A stretch of 64,000 nucleotides of DNA from Catajapyx aquilonaris (lineage: Eukaryota). The position numbers were made by a program, and so were the translations under genes. Shown piece by piece: positions 1-11,400 of this stretch. The number at the start of each line of letters is the position of its first letter. Within the stretch, counting starts at the first letter, position 1. The notes under the pieces were generated by a model, which saw only the letters and a program-made list of their open reading frames with translations, was not told where the DNA came from and did no database searches. The DNA lies in the NCBI GenBank assembly GCA_000934665.2, contig KZ538264.1, positions 1-64,000 on the forward strand, given 5' to 3'.

Positions 1-45
1 CCCTTTGAACTATATGTTTTTGTTTTTTTTTGAGACAGTTGCCCA

Positions 46-111
46 GGGGCCCCCAAACCTCAGGGGCCCTAGTTCGGCCGAACCGTCTGAACTACCCTAG
101 TTCCGCCACTG
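46..111. mobile_element. Right end of a hAT-type non-autonomous DNA element (left end outside window)
   Basis: Ends ...TTCCGCCACTG (reverse complement CAGTGGCGGAA), with GGGGCCC subterminal motifs typical of such MITEs. The TSD cannot be checked. Confidence 0.5.
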
Positions 112-114
112 CCT

Positions 115-138
115 GGTACCAACTTTTGAAACACCCTG
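115..138. mobile_element. Tc1/mariner-type terminal inverted repeat (right end only)
   Basis: GGTACCAACTTTTGAAACACCCTG followed by TA (139-140); the reverse complement reads TA|CAGGGTGTTTCAAAAGTT. Confidence 0.5.
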
Positions 139-475
139 TAGTAACGTAATCTAACATGGGAAACACATTGGAAATGCCTGCACATGGAAATAAGCCTTAC
201 AAATCAACTTGGCTGCAGTTTTTCACTGTGGCATTTTCTCTCTGACACATCAGAGTCTTAAGATTACGTAACATACTGTAGTCAGTTTCATAATAATGAA
301 ATTTACTCTGGTCATTAATGCTGATGAAGCTATCTGCCCACAACTAATATAACTAAATATAACTAATATAACTGAAAGTATATAAAAGCCACAACTGCCT
401 TGTAACCAAATCTCTTGCCAAACAAGCATAATCTTCAAGCCATGAGATTTCGAAGTTATCTTGAAGTCACATATG

Positions 476-926
476 CAGCACCGGATACGCAGCAAGGCAA
501 CCTAGGCAGTTGCCTAGGGCGGCAGATTTCAAGGGGCGGCAAAGGCATACAAAATTAAGTAACCGAAGAATAATTAATAAATAATTATGTGACTGGAAGC
601 AGCACTGGATTGACCATTACGCCCAGTAGGCCATTGCCTATGGGTGGTCGCGAGTTGCAATAAATATTGTTCAAATAGGCTACAATAATAGGAACTAAAG
701 GTGAAATCATTAAAAATTCAAAATTTTCACCGGGGTATCCTAGCGCCAGATTTACCACTAGGCAGAAAAGCCTAAGGACCGACACCCTCTGGGGGCGGCG
801 ATAAGTTGAAATAATGTTTTTAAATAAAATGAAATGAAATGAAGGAGAGAACTTGAGAGAAAAATAGAATTTTTAAAAGCTATGGTGGGGGGGTGGGGGG
901 TGGGGGGGGGGGGGGATCCAGCACTG
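476..926. mobile_element. hAT-type MITE upstream of the first visible MRPL12 exon (probably intronic)
   Basis: Imperfect TIRs CAGCACCGGAT and (reverse complement) CAGTGCTGGAT, whose differences fit CpG decay. 8-bp TSD CACATATG (468-475) / CACTTATG (927-934). A second left-end-like segment starts at about 741. Confidence 0.65.
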
Positions 927-1136
927 CACTTATGGTATACTACTGGTAGTGTATGACTGCCAGTGGTGGCATTCTGGCAAAAATTGGGGTGAATGTTTTT
1001 ATTATGATTTTTATGTGCACTGACATCCCAGTGTAACATAGCGTGTAAAAATTACCCGGTGTACCCCTGCCCATTCTTTACAATATTCTCAGAGGCCATA
1101 CACAAGAATGTGAAGTACCGTATTTACTTATTTCAG

Positions 1137-1371
1137 GGTGCCATCCCATATTCGCTGGTTGTCCAGCCCTGCCTTAGCAGTTCCTCAGTCAGAGTCAGAA
1201 GAGAAGCATTATCCAGAGAAACTTCAGAAGATTGTGAGTGATATTTCCCAGCTGAATCTCCTTGAGGTTTCTGAACTCACCCAGCTGCTGAGGAAGACAC
1301 TCAACATTCCTGATGCCCCTGTCATGCCCATGGGATTTTCTCCTGGAGCCGTTGCTGCTGCACCACAGCAG
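1137..1371 (+). CDS. MRPL12: Mitochondrial ribosomal protein L12 (bL12m), internal exon
   Basis: TTTCAG acceptor (1131-1136) and CAG|GTCTGT donor. Encodes YPEKLQKIVSDISQLNLLEVSELTQLLRKTLNIPDAPVM, the L7/L12 N-terminal domain, plus an Ala-rich hinge. Confidence 0.92.
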
Positions 1372-1660
1372 GTCTGTTGAAACACATGTAACTTATGCTG
1401 CAGTTTTTTATGCAGTCTGTCATTTCCTCTTTTGAATGGCAGTGGTTTATGTATTGCCATTGAATTGAAAGATCGAGATTAGCTAATACTGAATTCATGA
1501 TGAAGATGACATGCTCAAAAGGCCTATTACAAAGACGCAAAATAATTACTGTTCACTAGGCTGGAAAAAGAAGCCAGTATTAATTAGTTGAATGTAATTT
1601 CCTCAAGACTGTCTACACAAGGAACAATGTTTCTCCTAAAAATGTGATTGCCTTTTCAAG

Positions 1661-1912
1661 GAGGAGGAGGAGGATGCAGCTCCGAAGTCAGTGCAGACCA
1701 GCTTCACACTGAAACTGATCAGTTTTGATGCACCCAAGAAGGTAACCTTGATCAAGGAAATGAAGAATGTGATGGAAGGAATGAACCTAGTGCAAGCAAA
1801 GAAGTTTGTTGAAGCGGCACCTTCTGTTGTGAAGGCTGATATTGGAAAGGAGGAAGCAGAGAAGCTAAAGCAAGCCATTGAAGCTGCTGGTGGTGTTTGT
1901 GAAATTAGCTAA
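1661..1912 (+). CDS. MRPL12: Mitochondrial ribosomal protein L12, last exon
   Basis: TTTTCAAG acceptor, phase 0 join. Encodes QTSFTLKL...KKVTLIKEMK...GMNLVQAKKFVE...KEEAEKLKQAIEAAGG, the L7/L12 C-terminal domain. TAA stop. Confidence 0.93.
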   Translation, partial: EEEEDAAPKSVQTSFTLKLISFDAPKKVTLIKEMKNVMEGMNLVQAKKFVEAAPSVVKADIGKEEAEKLKQAIEAAGGVCEIS

Positions 1913-1951
1913 GTATTTGAGGGACTTTGTAATAATTTTTGTAGCGGTATC

Positions 1952-1957
1952 AATAAA
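1952..1957 (+). promoter_or_regulatory. Probable polyadenylation signal of MRPL12
   Basis: AATAAA 40 nt after the stop codon, followed by T-rich sequence. Confidence 0.6.
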
Positions 1958-2316
1958 AGTGTGTAAAAGTTTTCATATTCTTCCTTTGCATATCATAAAG
2001 GTTTTTATAATTATTATTTATCATTTATATTTTTATTTCTATTACCCTGTGATAACCTGATTCGGGTTTATAGGGGGGTGGATTATCACCATTTAGAGTA
2101 ATTTTTCTTCAAACACTGTGAAAGGACTACGGGATATGGGGTAGGGGTAGGGATTGTTGGGGAGGGGGACACTTGTGCAGGTGCAATGTTAAGCGCTGGG
2201 CCATGTGCAGTCCCCCAGGAGGTTAGGTTGACCGACACCTCCAAGGTGCAGGTTAGAGACCCTCCCGATGCAGGCGAAAGGGAACTCCCAGGCGGGGATA
2301 GAACCTGGGACCTTTA

Positions 2317-3375
2317 GGGGACGTCCACATATTACGTAACGATATTTTTGCCCATTTTTGACCCCCTCCCCCCCCTCTGTAACGGGACCGTAACGATCTC
2401 CTGGACCCCCCCTCCCCCCCCCCCCTCCGTTACGTAACGCCTGCTATTTTTAAAATTTCGTGCTTCAGAACGAGCCCCACGTGTTTCATGTATATAAAAC
2501 CAAGGCAATAATTTTAAGAATATGTTTACTGTAAAACTACTGTACTTGTGAAAGAAAAGAAAACTTTTGTACCGATACTAAAATTTAATATAGACAGAAA
2601 TGATCTGTATTTCAGAAGATTTGTTTAAAAAGGGGAAGCCGAGGCGACTCAGTCTATGAGGTTCTTGGGAGGGTGGGGGGAGGGCGAAAGAAAGGGGGAG
2701 GGGAAGATAGTTTTTGGAGTGTGGGAGGAAATTTCTAACGGGAGAACCCCGATATAAAACCCACGCAAGCGCGGAGAGAACTCCATCGAAACTCAACCCA
2801 TATGGGAAATCCTTGGCCCAATCCGGGGATCGAACCTGGGACCCCAGAGGTGGGAGTAGGCGGACTTTATAATATTAAACCACTACGCCACCGCGTCGCC
2901 CGTATTTCAGAAGAAAAGCGAAAGAATTAACGAACTACGTTACGTACAGGTGCGTATTTTTAAAGCTACAATATGGGCAAGTTTTATATAAAAGAGAAAA
3001 TAGTCAGAACAAAAATGTCATTTTTCTATCACTTTGAGACCCTGGAACAATTGTCACTCAATAGGTATGGAATCAACAAGTAGTACAACATGTGACTCAC
3101 ATAAATACCTTGCATAAAAATAGTGAGGTTGTCAAGTTCCTACGAAAAGTCTCATAAATAGCTTTTTTCGCACGTTTTTTACCGATTCGGACCAGTAGCG
3201 GACGACGCAGCCACGCGGGCCACGCTGAGTCGCACTCGGAATATTTATACAGTGCGTTCAAATGCGTTACGTAACGGCTACCCAACCCCCCCCCTCCCCC
3301 ATGTAACGGACCGTCACGGTCGCCCAAACCCCCTCCCCCCCCCTAAATCCCGTTACGTAATATGTGGACGTCCCC
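2317..3375. mobile_element. PIF/Harbinger (Tourist-like) MITE
   Basis: Perfect 25-bp TIR GGGGACGTCCACATATTACGTAACG (2317-2341 / 3351-3375), TTA TSD (2314-2316 / 3376-3378), and subterminal C-tracts with CGTTACGTAACG palindromes. Confidence 0.92.
2620..2901 (-). mobile_element. tRNA-derived SINE with a V-domain-like core
   Basis: Perfect 13-bp TSD GTATTTCAGAAGA (2607-2619 / 2902-2914), A box TGGCGTAGTGG and B box GGTTCGATCCC. The core GTTCTCTCCGCGCTTGCGTGGGTTTT...TTTCCTCCCACACTCCAAA resembles the V-SINE domain (from memory). Confidence 0.85.
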
Positions 3376-3443
3376 TTAGCTCAGCAAGCGAGACGTTACC
3401 ATCTTGGCCACCACACCTCCCCATAAAAGGGCTTTGAAAGTTA

Positions 3444-3890
3444 TTTTTTTTAATTTTTTAATTTGTTTATTTTACCCCATTATAGGCCTACATAGGGGCC
3501 TACATGGGGGGTGGTACACCACCATGAATTTTCTCGTCCTATTTTCTTTCCTCCGGTGCATGGGAACAGGGTAGGGATAATGAGGGGGGGGACACTGGTG
3601 CAAGTGCAATGTCTCAAGGTGGGGGTCGTGTGCAGTCCCCCAGGGGATGAGGTTGCAAGACAACCCCCTAGCCTAGATGCGAGTCAGAAACCTCCCCTGA
3701 CCTGCACCTCCTCCAGGGAAGGGAAAGGAAGCGGCTGTGGCCTATTTTACGGTAAGATCCCGAAATTTTTCCGAGGGCGACCTTGGAAAACCACAGAAAA
3801 GCAAGGTCAGGACCGCCGGCCTCCGGGACTCGAACCCAGGACCTCCCGATTAGCAGTCGGATACCATATCCACTCCACCACTACTGCTTT
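3444..3890 (-). mobile_element. tRNA-derived SINE B
   Basis: Head with anticodon arm TCCGA-CTGCTAA-TCGGG and T arm CTGGG-TTCGAGT-CCCGG. A-rich tail. TSD-like flanks GGCTTTGAAAGTTA (3430-3443) / GGTTTTGAAAGTAA (3891-3904). Confidence 0.8.
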
Positions 3891-3910
3891 GGTTTTGAAA
3901 GTAATTAGTA

Positions 3911-4029
3911 CCTGCTGTCCAACAAGAATTGTCGCAGCGGCAGCGCACAAACTACAGTCTCTCGTGTCCCTGTGCTCGTAGATTGTAGTTCGTGCGCTGC
4001 CGCTGCGACAATTCTTGTTGGACTGATAG
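3911..4029. mobile_element. Palindromic TA-flanked MITE
   Basis: 44-bp arms at 3917-3960 and 3980-4023 with 2 mismatches, a 19-nt spacer, and TA on both sides. Confidence 0.75.
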
Positions 4030-4619
4030 TAGGCCTACACAGATTATTCAAAATTGGTCACAATTTCTGAAGCCCCTGTTGTCCAATGTGTATCCTTAAT
4101 TTTCTAGGTCCCTAAAACTAATTATTCCTGGGACACCCCCCCCCCCCCACCAACACCTCCACAGCAGAAATAACTAATTCAGAGTCAGATTCATTGTCCA
4201 TTCAGTAATGTCTCTCCCTCCCTCCCTCTCCCTCTCTCCCTCTCTCATATTATTGGGGAATACAAAAAGTATGAAAGTTTTGTCTTGTATCACTAACATT
4301 GGAAAATCGTCATCCTTGTTGTGAAGAGAAAAAAAATAAAAAAACCAAGTTGGCTTGTGACAGGTGGTGAATTGTGAGGCTGAGCAGTACCAAATGAGCA
4401 GAGATCTTGCAGAGGCAAATATGTTGATCCACTCCAGCCGAAGTGATGCCCAGCACCTCTGCTATGAATCACACTGTCAACTACCTGTAGTCCATTCCTA
4501 TGGTCTTCAACCTACTGTCATAATTTTGATGCAAAGACAATATGGGGAATCCTGGTGAATGTCACAGACTGCTACCAAATGCTCCCAGCACCATACTTTT
4601 TCATCCAATCTGTGGCAAG

Positions 4620-4920
4620 GACCATGTGGCCGGTGTGCCAAAATATCTGAGATGATTTTGCAGATACCAGTTCTTGCAGTGTTAGTCGAGAAAGACATTT
4701 TTCTCTTTGCCAGTTTGCAATTTTTGAAAGTCTTCTGCTTATCAATGTAATGCTTACGATCTATTTCCTCATCACTGTGACGCCATACATTAAGCAGCTC
4801 ACCAACCTCCCGTTTAAGTCCCTGCAGCCCTTCGTCAAACCATGGCTTTCTTTGTTTGCGAGCATGATTTGAATTACGGGGTTTGGGTAATCTTGATAAC
4901 TTGTTGGATACTTCTTTCAT
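4620..4920 (-). mobile_element. Degenerate non-LTR retrotransposon (LINE) ORF2 fragment
   Basis: RKQRKPWFDEGL...LKREV...W...Y...K..FK, then after a frameshift LQELVSAKSSQIFW. These match the KPW and FW motifs of the endonuclease-RT linker. No RT core is visible and the boundaries are uncertain. Confidence 0.55.
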
Positions 4921-6654
4921 AAAGGCACCCAGCTAGATATTGTCTGGTGACTCTTTTCCATCACTTACTTGTTAGTTTGTATCTTGTCCTTTTTGGAGTG
5001 GTGTTACCTTTGGTTTGCTGCAAATCCAGATGAAAGGCTGCCAACGGATTTCTTGCAAGTCTTGGCGGAGTAGTCATGGCTGCTTCATGGGCCCTCCACT
5101 GTGCAATTGTCACCCCCATTTCTCCGTCCTAGTTGAGACCTCACTTGACTATATGTGTATGCGGATGACTTTCACTATCAGGAGCAAATCCGAGACGTCC
5201 GTTCTCTCCCAAGGCTGTGTCTGACGCCTGTATATGTGTGGGTGTGTGGGTGGAGGGGGGGGGGGGTGAAACTATAAAGGCAAGGAGGTGTCTCCCCCGC
5301 GCGCTCTTTTTTTGTGTGTATCCGATCGTTGGAAACAACAATGTGGTTGGTTTTTACTCTATAATCTGGTGTCTTTTCTCCAACTGCACCTGCATTACTG
5401 AGCTAGCCAGGGTATGACCCGAGGTCAGGGGTCACACAATGTATTGTACTGTATAAAACCTATACCTACCACTGCTACCAGATGTATTTTTGAAGATTTG
5501 GAAATGGCAACCCTAAAAATGAAACTTGATGTGTTGCATTTGTCTAGTAGCAAAGTCCACTGCTGCATAATAGAATAATAGAAAAGTATTCATTAAAATC
5601 CAACCATCCAAACAAAGATGGGTCTGAACCTTCTAAGCCATTTATTACAGCAGAGTGTACAGAAGAACAATGAACCAACAGCTTCTTGGGTGCTTTTGGT
5701 GGGGAGGGAGGGGGACAGGAGGTCAAAACTGGGGCCTCTGACACGAGGCCAACAAGCGTACCAATCCCCCAGGTTTAAAAACATTGAGGGATTTTCTTTT
5801 TTTTATTATTTGTTTCCTACATCGTATGACTAGTAGGCGAGAAGTTGGAAAGTGTTGACTTTTTTTTTGTGAGAAATTTCGTGGCAAGACAACTGGCCAC
5901 AGCAAGTGGGAATTTGCTTTTGAGGATATGTCATGTCTAAGTATTGCTTTCATCCCAATATCAAATGGTTGTGTGTTTTAAAAAACGTATCAAAAAACAC
6001 AATCAGGAGCCAATGCAAACTAACCGTGCATTTTCAAATAGCCACCACTTTCAAGTGAGCCTGGACATACCAAAGAATCATCAGGAATTCTGATTATCAC
6101 AGCTTTCAAACGGGAATGTCAGTGTGGAAAGTTTATCTGGAGTCCCAGTTTGAAAAGTTGAACCTTTAGATATGAGCCAGGAAACACCAAGTACTTACTT
6201 GGAAGCCTGATCTGCAGTATTCAGGATTTTAACCTGGAAAGATTGTTGAGAAGATGGAACTACAAACATATTGATGCCTTTCCTCTTTTAAAAATCAACA
6301 GAAATAAGGTATTGATTTACAACAATATCTTGATGTTTTCGATGGCATGAAACTGTTAACTACTATTTGCGCAAAATTGTAGCGCAAATGACATCGATTT
6401 CATTTATAATCTGGCACAACTCTTGACTTTCCACACTAGGAATCCTTACAAGCTTTCAAGCTGACTTGCTTGCACGAGGGACAGTATCAATCAGGTCTTC
6501 ATGCCATTCCTTGGAATTACCTGGCTCATGTGAATGTAGCCTTAGTTGACAATACTTGCCAACACCACCCACTAGCTATTGCTTTTGGGAGAGGAGTGTC
6601 AAGGAATGCTTTTCTTTTCGGTGTGGTTGGGGCAGGGAAGGAAAGGAGAGGTAG

Positions 6655-6883
6655 CTATGTTCTGGATGGGCAGGCGAGGAGTGTAATGAGCATGAGTATG
6701 GTGACTCCTACAACGAGGAGCCTGTCTGTTGGTGAGTTTCTGTTGTGTCCTCCTCCACTGGTTGAGGAAAGTGTCTTGACCGCTTGAGTTGGTAGGGCTG
6801 CATCCCTACTAGCTTCTGCCATTAGGCGTTCGGAGCGCCAGGATAACTGGAACTCCACTGGAGACGAGCTCAGAGCTGTCAAT
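6655..6883 (-). CDS. CUB gene coding exon 13 (last)
   Basis: CCCCCAG acceptor, phase 2. Encodes LTALSSSPVEFQLSW...SGGG...RLLVVGVTILMLITLLACPSRT and a TAG stop. Confidence 0.85.
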
Positions 6884-8353
6884 CTGGGGGTGAAAGATTG
6901 TAAAGTTATGCAAGTTCAGGCAGCACATTCTGAATTTAAGAGAAAAGGTGGAAGGAAAAAGCGAAGTAGGAATTACTTATAGCACTGGCGATAATACTTG
7001 GTAATGTGCATTTGCACCCAGCCTATCCATAATTATCTTGAACTATAGGTAAACAAGGTTGCTTGCACCGTCTGCATCTGACGCAACTGATGAGACTTAG
7101 AAGTTTGAGAGCCTCTCTAGTAGATTGATTACAAATCAATGGGACACTTAGAAGTTACTGCTGTGCCAGTTGGCAACTTATAATTAGAGCAATGCATGAA
7201 GAAGCAATAATGCATGCACGAGGCTTGTGAAATGCGTAGAATTACTGACCTGACTAATACACTTGGGACCTCTGGGGGCAATGAAAACTCCTTTCTCTTC
7301 TCTCTGGGGCAAAATCGGAAGAGCCTCCCCCTCCCAGACTGTTGTTTACTGGAGTTGGCCTCCACGACCGTGAAGTTCCACACAGAGCAGTTCCCTGAAA
7401 CGGAAACGGTGCTATATAGATGCTGTAGTTCTATGAAGATATTAGCATACTGACTGTTCTGTGGCGAGGAGAATATGATGGTGAGTAGGTGCGTGTGCAC
7501 CGCCTTGAACCTCCATGTGCATGTCCTGTGCACGTACACCTTATGCTGTCCTCCCTGTCCCCCTCCTCCGGAGTGGTCCCCCCCGAAGAGCTGCCTTGAT
7601 GACACAACCCCGCTGGGCTCCCCAACTTCGAAAGGCCCGCACTGTGGCCTCGGGGCGAACTGGTATATGGCGCTGAAGTTGAACCCCTTCCTGGCCCAGT
7701 TGAAGTGGGCCACCCGGTAAACGGCAGTTAAGGCACTCGGGGTTTCCAGTGTGACGGGAAGGACGTTGTTGAAGGCTCCGCAGAAGCAGGCCAGTGCTTG
7801 GCCATCACCAGTCAGGAGGAGGAGGTGGTCGGCCTGGGTCAGGGGGATCAGGGAGGTCACACATCGGCATCCGGATGGACCGCACTGGCTGCTGCAGTGG
7901 GGGTTTGGGTCTGGCCGCTCAACACTCTCGATCTGTAGGTACAGAAACGTGTGTCTCAAATGCTAACCAGGAGAGTTGATAGAGATAAACTATACAGAGT
8001 GTTTCTTACTAATAGGTCAAGCCGCAAGTGGCATATTCATTGGCCCAAACCAAGTCTAAAATGTATGGGTATTACTTTAAGTAGCAGTCATGCATAACGA
8101 ATGGGGACAAGTTAGGGACCTTACTATTGAGAATGTGCAAGTACGGTACTGGAAAGTGACTTACTGTGACCAGGACACTCTGATTGGTTGCAGGGACAAA
8201 GTACTGTGAGCACTGAAGTGGCCCCTCCAGGTTCCAGTACAGCTGGTGCTGTTCCAGATTGCCAAATCGACCCACTGGTGCAGAGGTTATTCCGTAGTAC
8301 ACCACGTCACACAGTGTGTCTGGCTGTTTTGTCCCTTCTAGTTGCTCTGGTGG

Positions 8354-8429
<76 letters not shown>

Positions 8430-11400
8430 GGCTATTAAAATGTTTGTTCCTCGAGCTTGGAAGCGCAAGACAATGAAAAACATTCTTAAGAGATAAGTTT
8501 GCGAATAAGTTTTCTTTGTTGAACTAAGATGAAATTAATAATTCCAACATTAGCTTACCATCATGGAAAAGAAAAGCGCCGTCTACGAACTCTTCTTCAG
8601 TGTTGGATTCTCGGCGGAAATTGAGTACCATGACGTTAGAGGTGGAGGCCAGCCTGTCAGCCGTCCCCAATCTGGACATTGACAAATGAGTGTTATCACT
8701 TCAAGGTGTCACAGACGTCATTTGAACGTGGCATTTAACCCGCACCTTCCAGAAGAGTCTCGAGCCCTCTTAACGATGGGGCTACAAAGTCTCCTGAGGA
8801 GAGTCCCATCAGCACTGCCGTCGTGGACCTGCACAAAGGAGGAGCAGTCTGGTCCCCTGAGCTGATAGTTAAAGAGTGCCAGGAGGACAACGTCGTTGGG
8901 GCGGCCCACGAAGGTCAGGGAGCAGGCTGCGGGCCATGCGTGCCACGTGGTGTCCACCGTGCTGAAGGCGCCCCATCGAGAGTCGTTCGCGTACACCATG
9001 TAGTCGCATATCGTGTTGGGCACATGTCTCGGAGCCCACTTCTGTTCGCCAGCTGGGGATGCATGGAGGATCACAGGAGCAACACCCAATCGATCAAAGG
9101 CGCGGCCAGCTCATTTAACTACTTCTATTTCTACACCTGATGCGTCGGAAAACTATTTGAGACATTTTCTGTACCATTGAAAGTGACAAAAGTTTTGAAA
9201 CATCGGTAATCTTCTGCGTCCATACGGACGAGCTGCACAAATGGCAATAATGCAGATTATGCAAAATGTAGCACCATCTGCAGTGATTTATTAACTATTA
9301 GACTGAATGTTTTTTGTGCTTTAGTCTTGTTAGACAGTTAGAGTAAGTGCTTAATACGTAATTAACGTCCTGTTTAAGTAACAATGAGTGTACAGAAATA
9401 ACGGTTCCGACACATATTCAGGTATCATGCATAATCCAGGGTAAGCCCCCGAATACCATGGATTATGCAATGGCTCAAACTACTACGTAGGGGGTTAGTA
9501 ACTACAGGGTGACCACAAACACGACGTGTGAATATTGTTATGCAACCTAGATCCTTGACCCACTTCCTTCTTGTGCAGCTCATAACACGTGCAGAGTGAT
9601 TTGAATGCGAGGATGTCCAGGGATCACGGTCGGAAAAAAAAAGAAAAGTGAGAAGTACCGGGTGGGGCGGAGAAAAATGCAACGATCGGTTTGGGGGTTC
9701 GGGTTTATAAAAAGGGGGTGGGTACCGCAGAATGAAAAAATGTGCAAGTATGTCCCACCCTCGTAGAGTGAAAAATTGGTAACCCCCTGAGCTGGGCAGC
9801 ACCTACTCAAGCCCCCTTGTGACTCTAGTGTGGTCCTCGGGGCGGAGTCATGGAGAGAGCTGTCAGTGTTGATGGACTCACTCGAGGATTCGGTGAAATG
9901 CAGGCTGCCCACGAATCCGTTGTGGTCGTACGGGGGCATGGACGGCCCCGAACTTTGAAAAGAAACGCAATTAGCACACTGGCTCTTCACCATTTCCCTA
10001 ACTATCTCACCTGAATTCAATGAGCATGTTTGGCCCCAGGTACTCCAGATCCACCTTCTGGGACCCACAGAGTCTCTGAAGCAGTGGGCTGGTTGAACTC
10101 GTGCCCTTGTACACTGCCAGGTAGTCCGTGTCGCACCGACTGCAATTTAATTTGATTTATTATTTATAACTTTATTTTTATTCCACTCCCCTACTTACTC
10201 CTCTGGCAAGACGAGGCTGGCTACATGAAGTCGCACCCGGGTGAAGATGGAGCTGGTAGTGACCAGGTACTTGCACTTCCGATGCGGCGGATACGAACCA
10301 GGGTAACCGGTGCTGGCCAAGACACATCCGCTGTCGCTCTTCAGCTCCCGGCACGAGTAGTCAGAGAACACCCAGTCGCACTCTGCCCCACAAACACACC
10401 TTTCTCTCACACACTTGCGCTCCCCAAGTAAGCCATTACACCCAAATGACCCCCAAAAAAACGTCCACTGCCTACTACACACCGTTGGTCACCTTACCCG
10501 TATTTTCCACTCGTTTGCCTCCGCGAAGGTGAATTCCGACAGTCGGATGCTCCAGGGGGTTGAAGCTGAAGTAGGCCAAGAACTGCGATCGTCCCGTCTT
10601 CTCGTCCACTCTGGGGAGGAACATTTCCCTTTTACAGCGCCCTAAGTAGGCATACGATACGTGATCACAAGGCTTCTATCGAGGCCGAATAGCTCCAGCC
10701 CAGTTCGATGACCTGGCCTGGCAGAAAAGAAACTCGACACTCAGAGTGTGTGTATAGCTCACCTAAAAAGAAGAGTGGCAGCTCCATTGTCTTTGAACAT
10801 GACGACAGGTGGTGAGAAGCGCTCATTTTCTCCGCAGAGTTGGATTTCCTGTTGGTTGGCCGTCAGCGACGAGCCTCCGCCAAATTGAAGGAATCCTCCG
10901 ATGCACCTGGGGCGAGAGAATATTGCATCAAGTTATTGCAAACATAGGTAGGGGGTGACTGCCACGCAATAATCGAGTCAAGGTCAGAGAACTATATTTT
11001 CATGACCTATCTAGCGTGAGTAATGAAGTGCATTGAATAGATTCGTTGGAGCACCCTTTGGTGGCGATTGGCTTGTCCACACCGTCAATATTGACTTTAT
11101 CCCGGCTTTTTCCAAGAGGTGTCCAATGGATCCGTGCCAAAAACCCGGTCGTGATACAAAATTATTTTTATGCAAAATCCGCACGTGGTCAAAAACCTCA
11201 TTCTTTTTCCACCCTCTAACCCTGTTGGGGAAATCCAGAGTAATCTATGCAAATCCGGCAAGCAACGTCACTTTGTGAATGTTGAGAAATAATGGCATAA
11301 AAATAGGATAAACGTGAGGGTAGGGGGGGAAAAAAGGGAGAAAAGGGGAGATGAATCCAGCAAGAGGCAGCTTGGAGAGAATGTTCTCTGGGAATGGCTC

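Larger units (their letters stand above)
2003..3421 (-). mobile_element. tRNA-derived SINE A, interrupted by a MITE at 2317-3375
   Basis: Removing the MITE and one TTA restores a tRNA-like head (A box TGGCCAAGATGG, B-box-like GGTTCTATCCC). A-rich tail at about 2003-2045 and loose CATAAA(A)GG flanking repeats. The 3' boundary is approximate. Confidence 0.7.

Noticed and set aside
2820..3890. tRNA-like sequences (A/B boxes, TTCGA loops)
   Set aside because: They lack acceptor stems and continue into SINE bodies with tails and TSDs, so they are SINE heads rather than tRNA genes.
8188..8430. ORF ending in poly-tyrosine
   Set aside because: It is the translation of the (ATT)n microsatellite, antisense to a CUB exon.
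9488..9789. TAGGGGGTTA...TAACCCCCTG possible hAT termini
   Set aside because: Only about 10 bp of inverted similarity and no 8-bp TSD.
10718..10762. Strong pyrimidine-rich AG inside the intron between exons 3 and 4
   Set aside because: It would define a 45-nt intron, shorter than any supported intron here, while the 10610 acceptor gives a clean CUB sequence.
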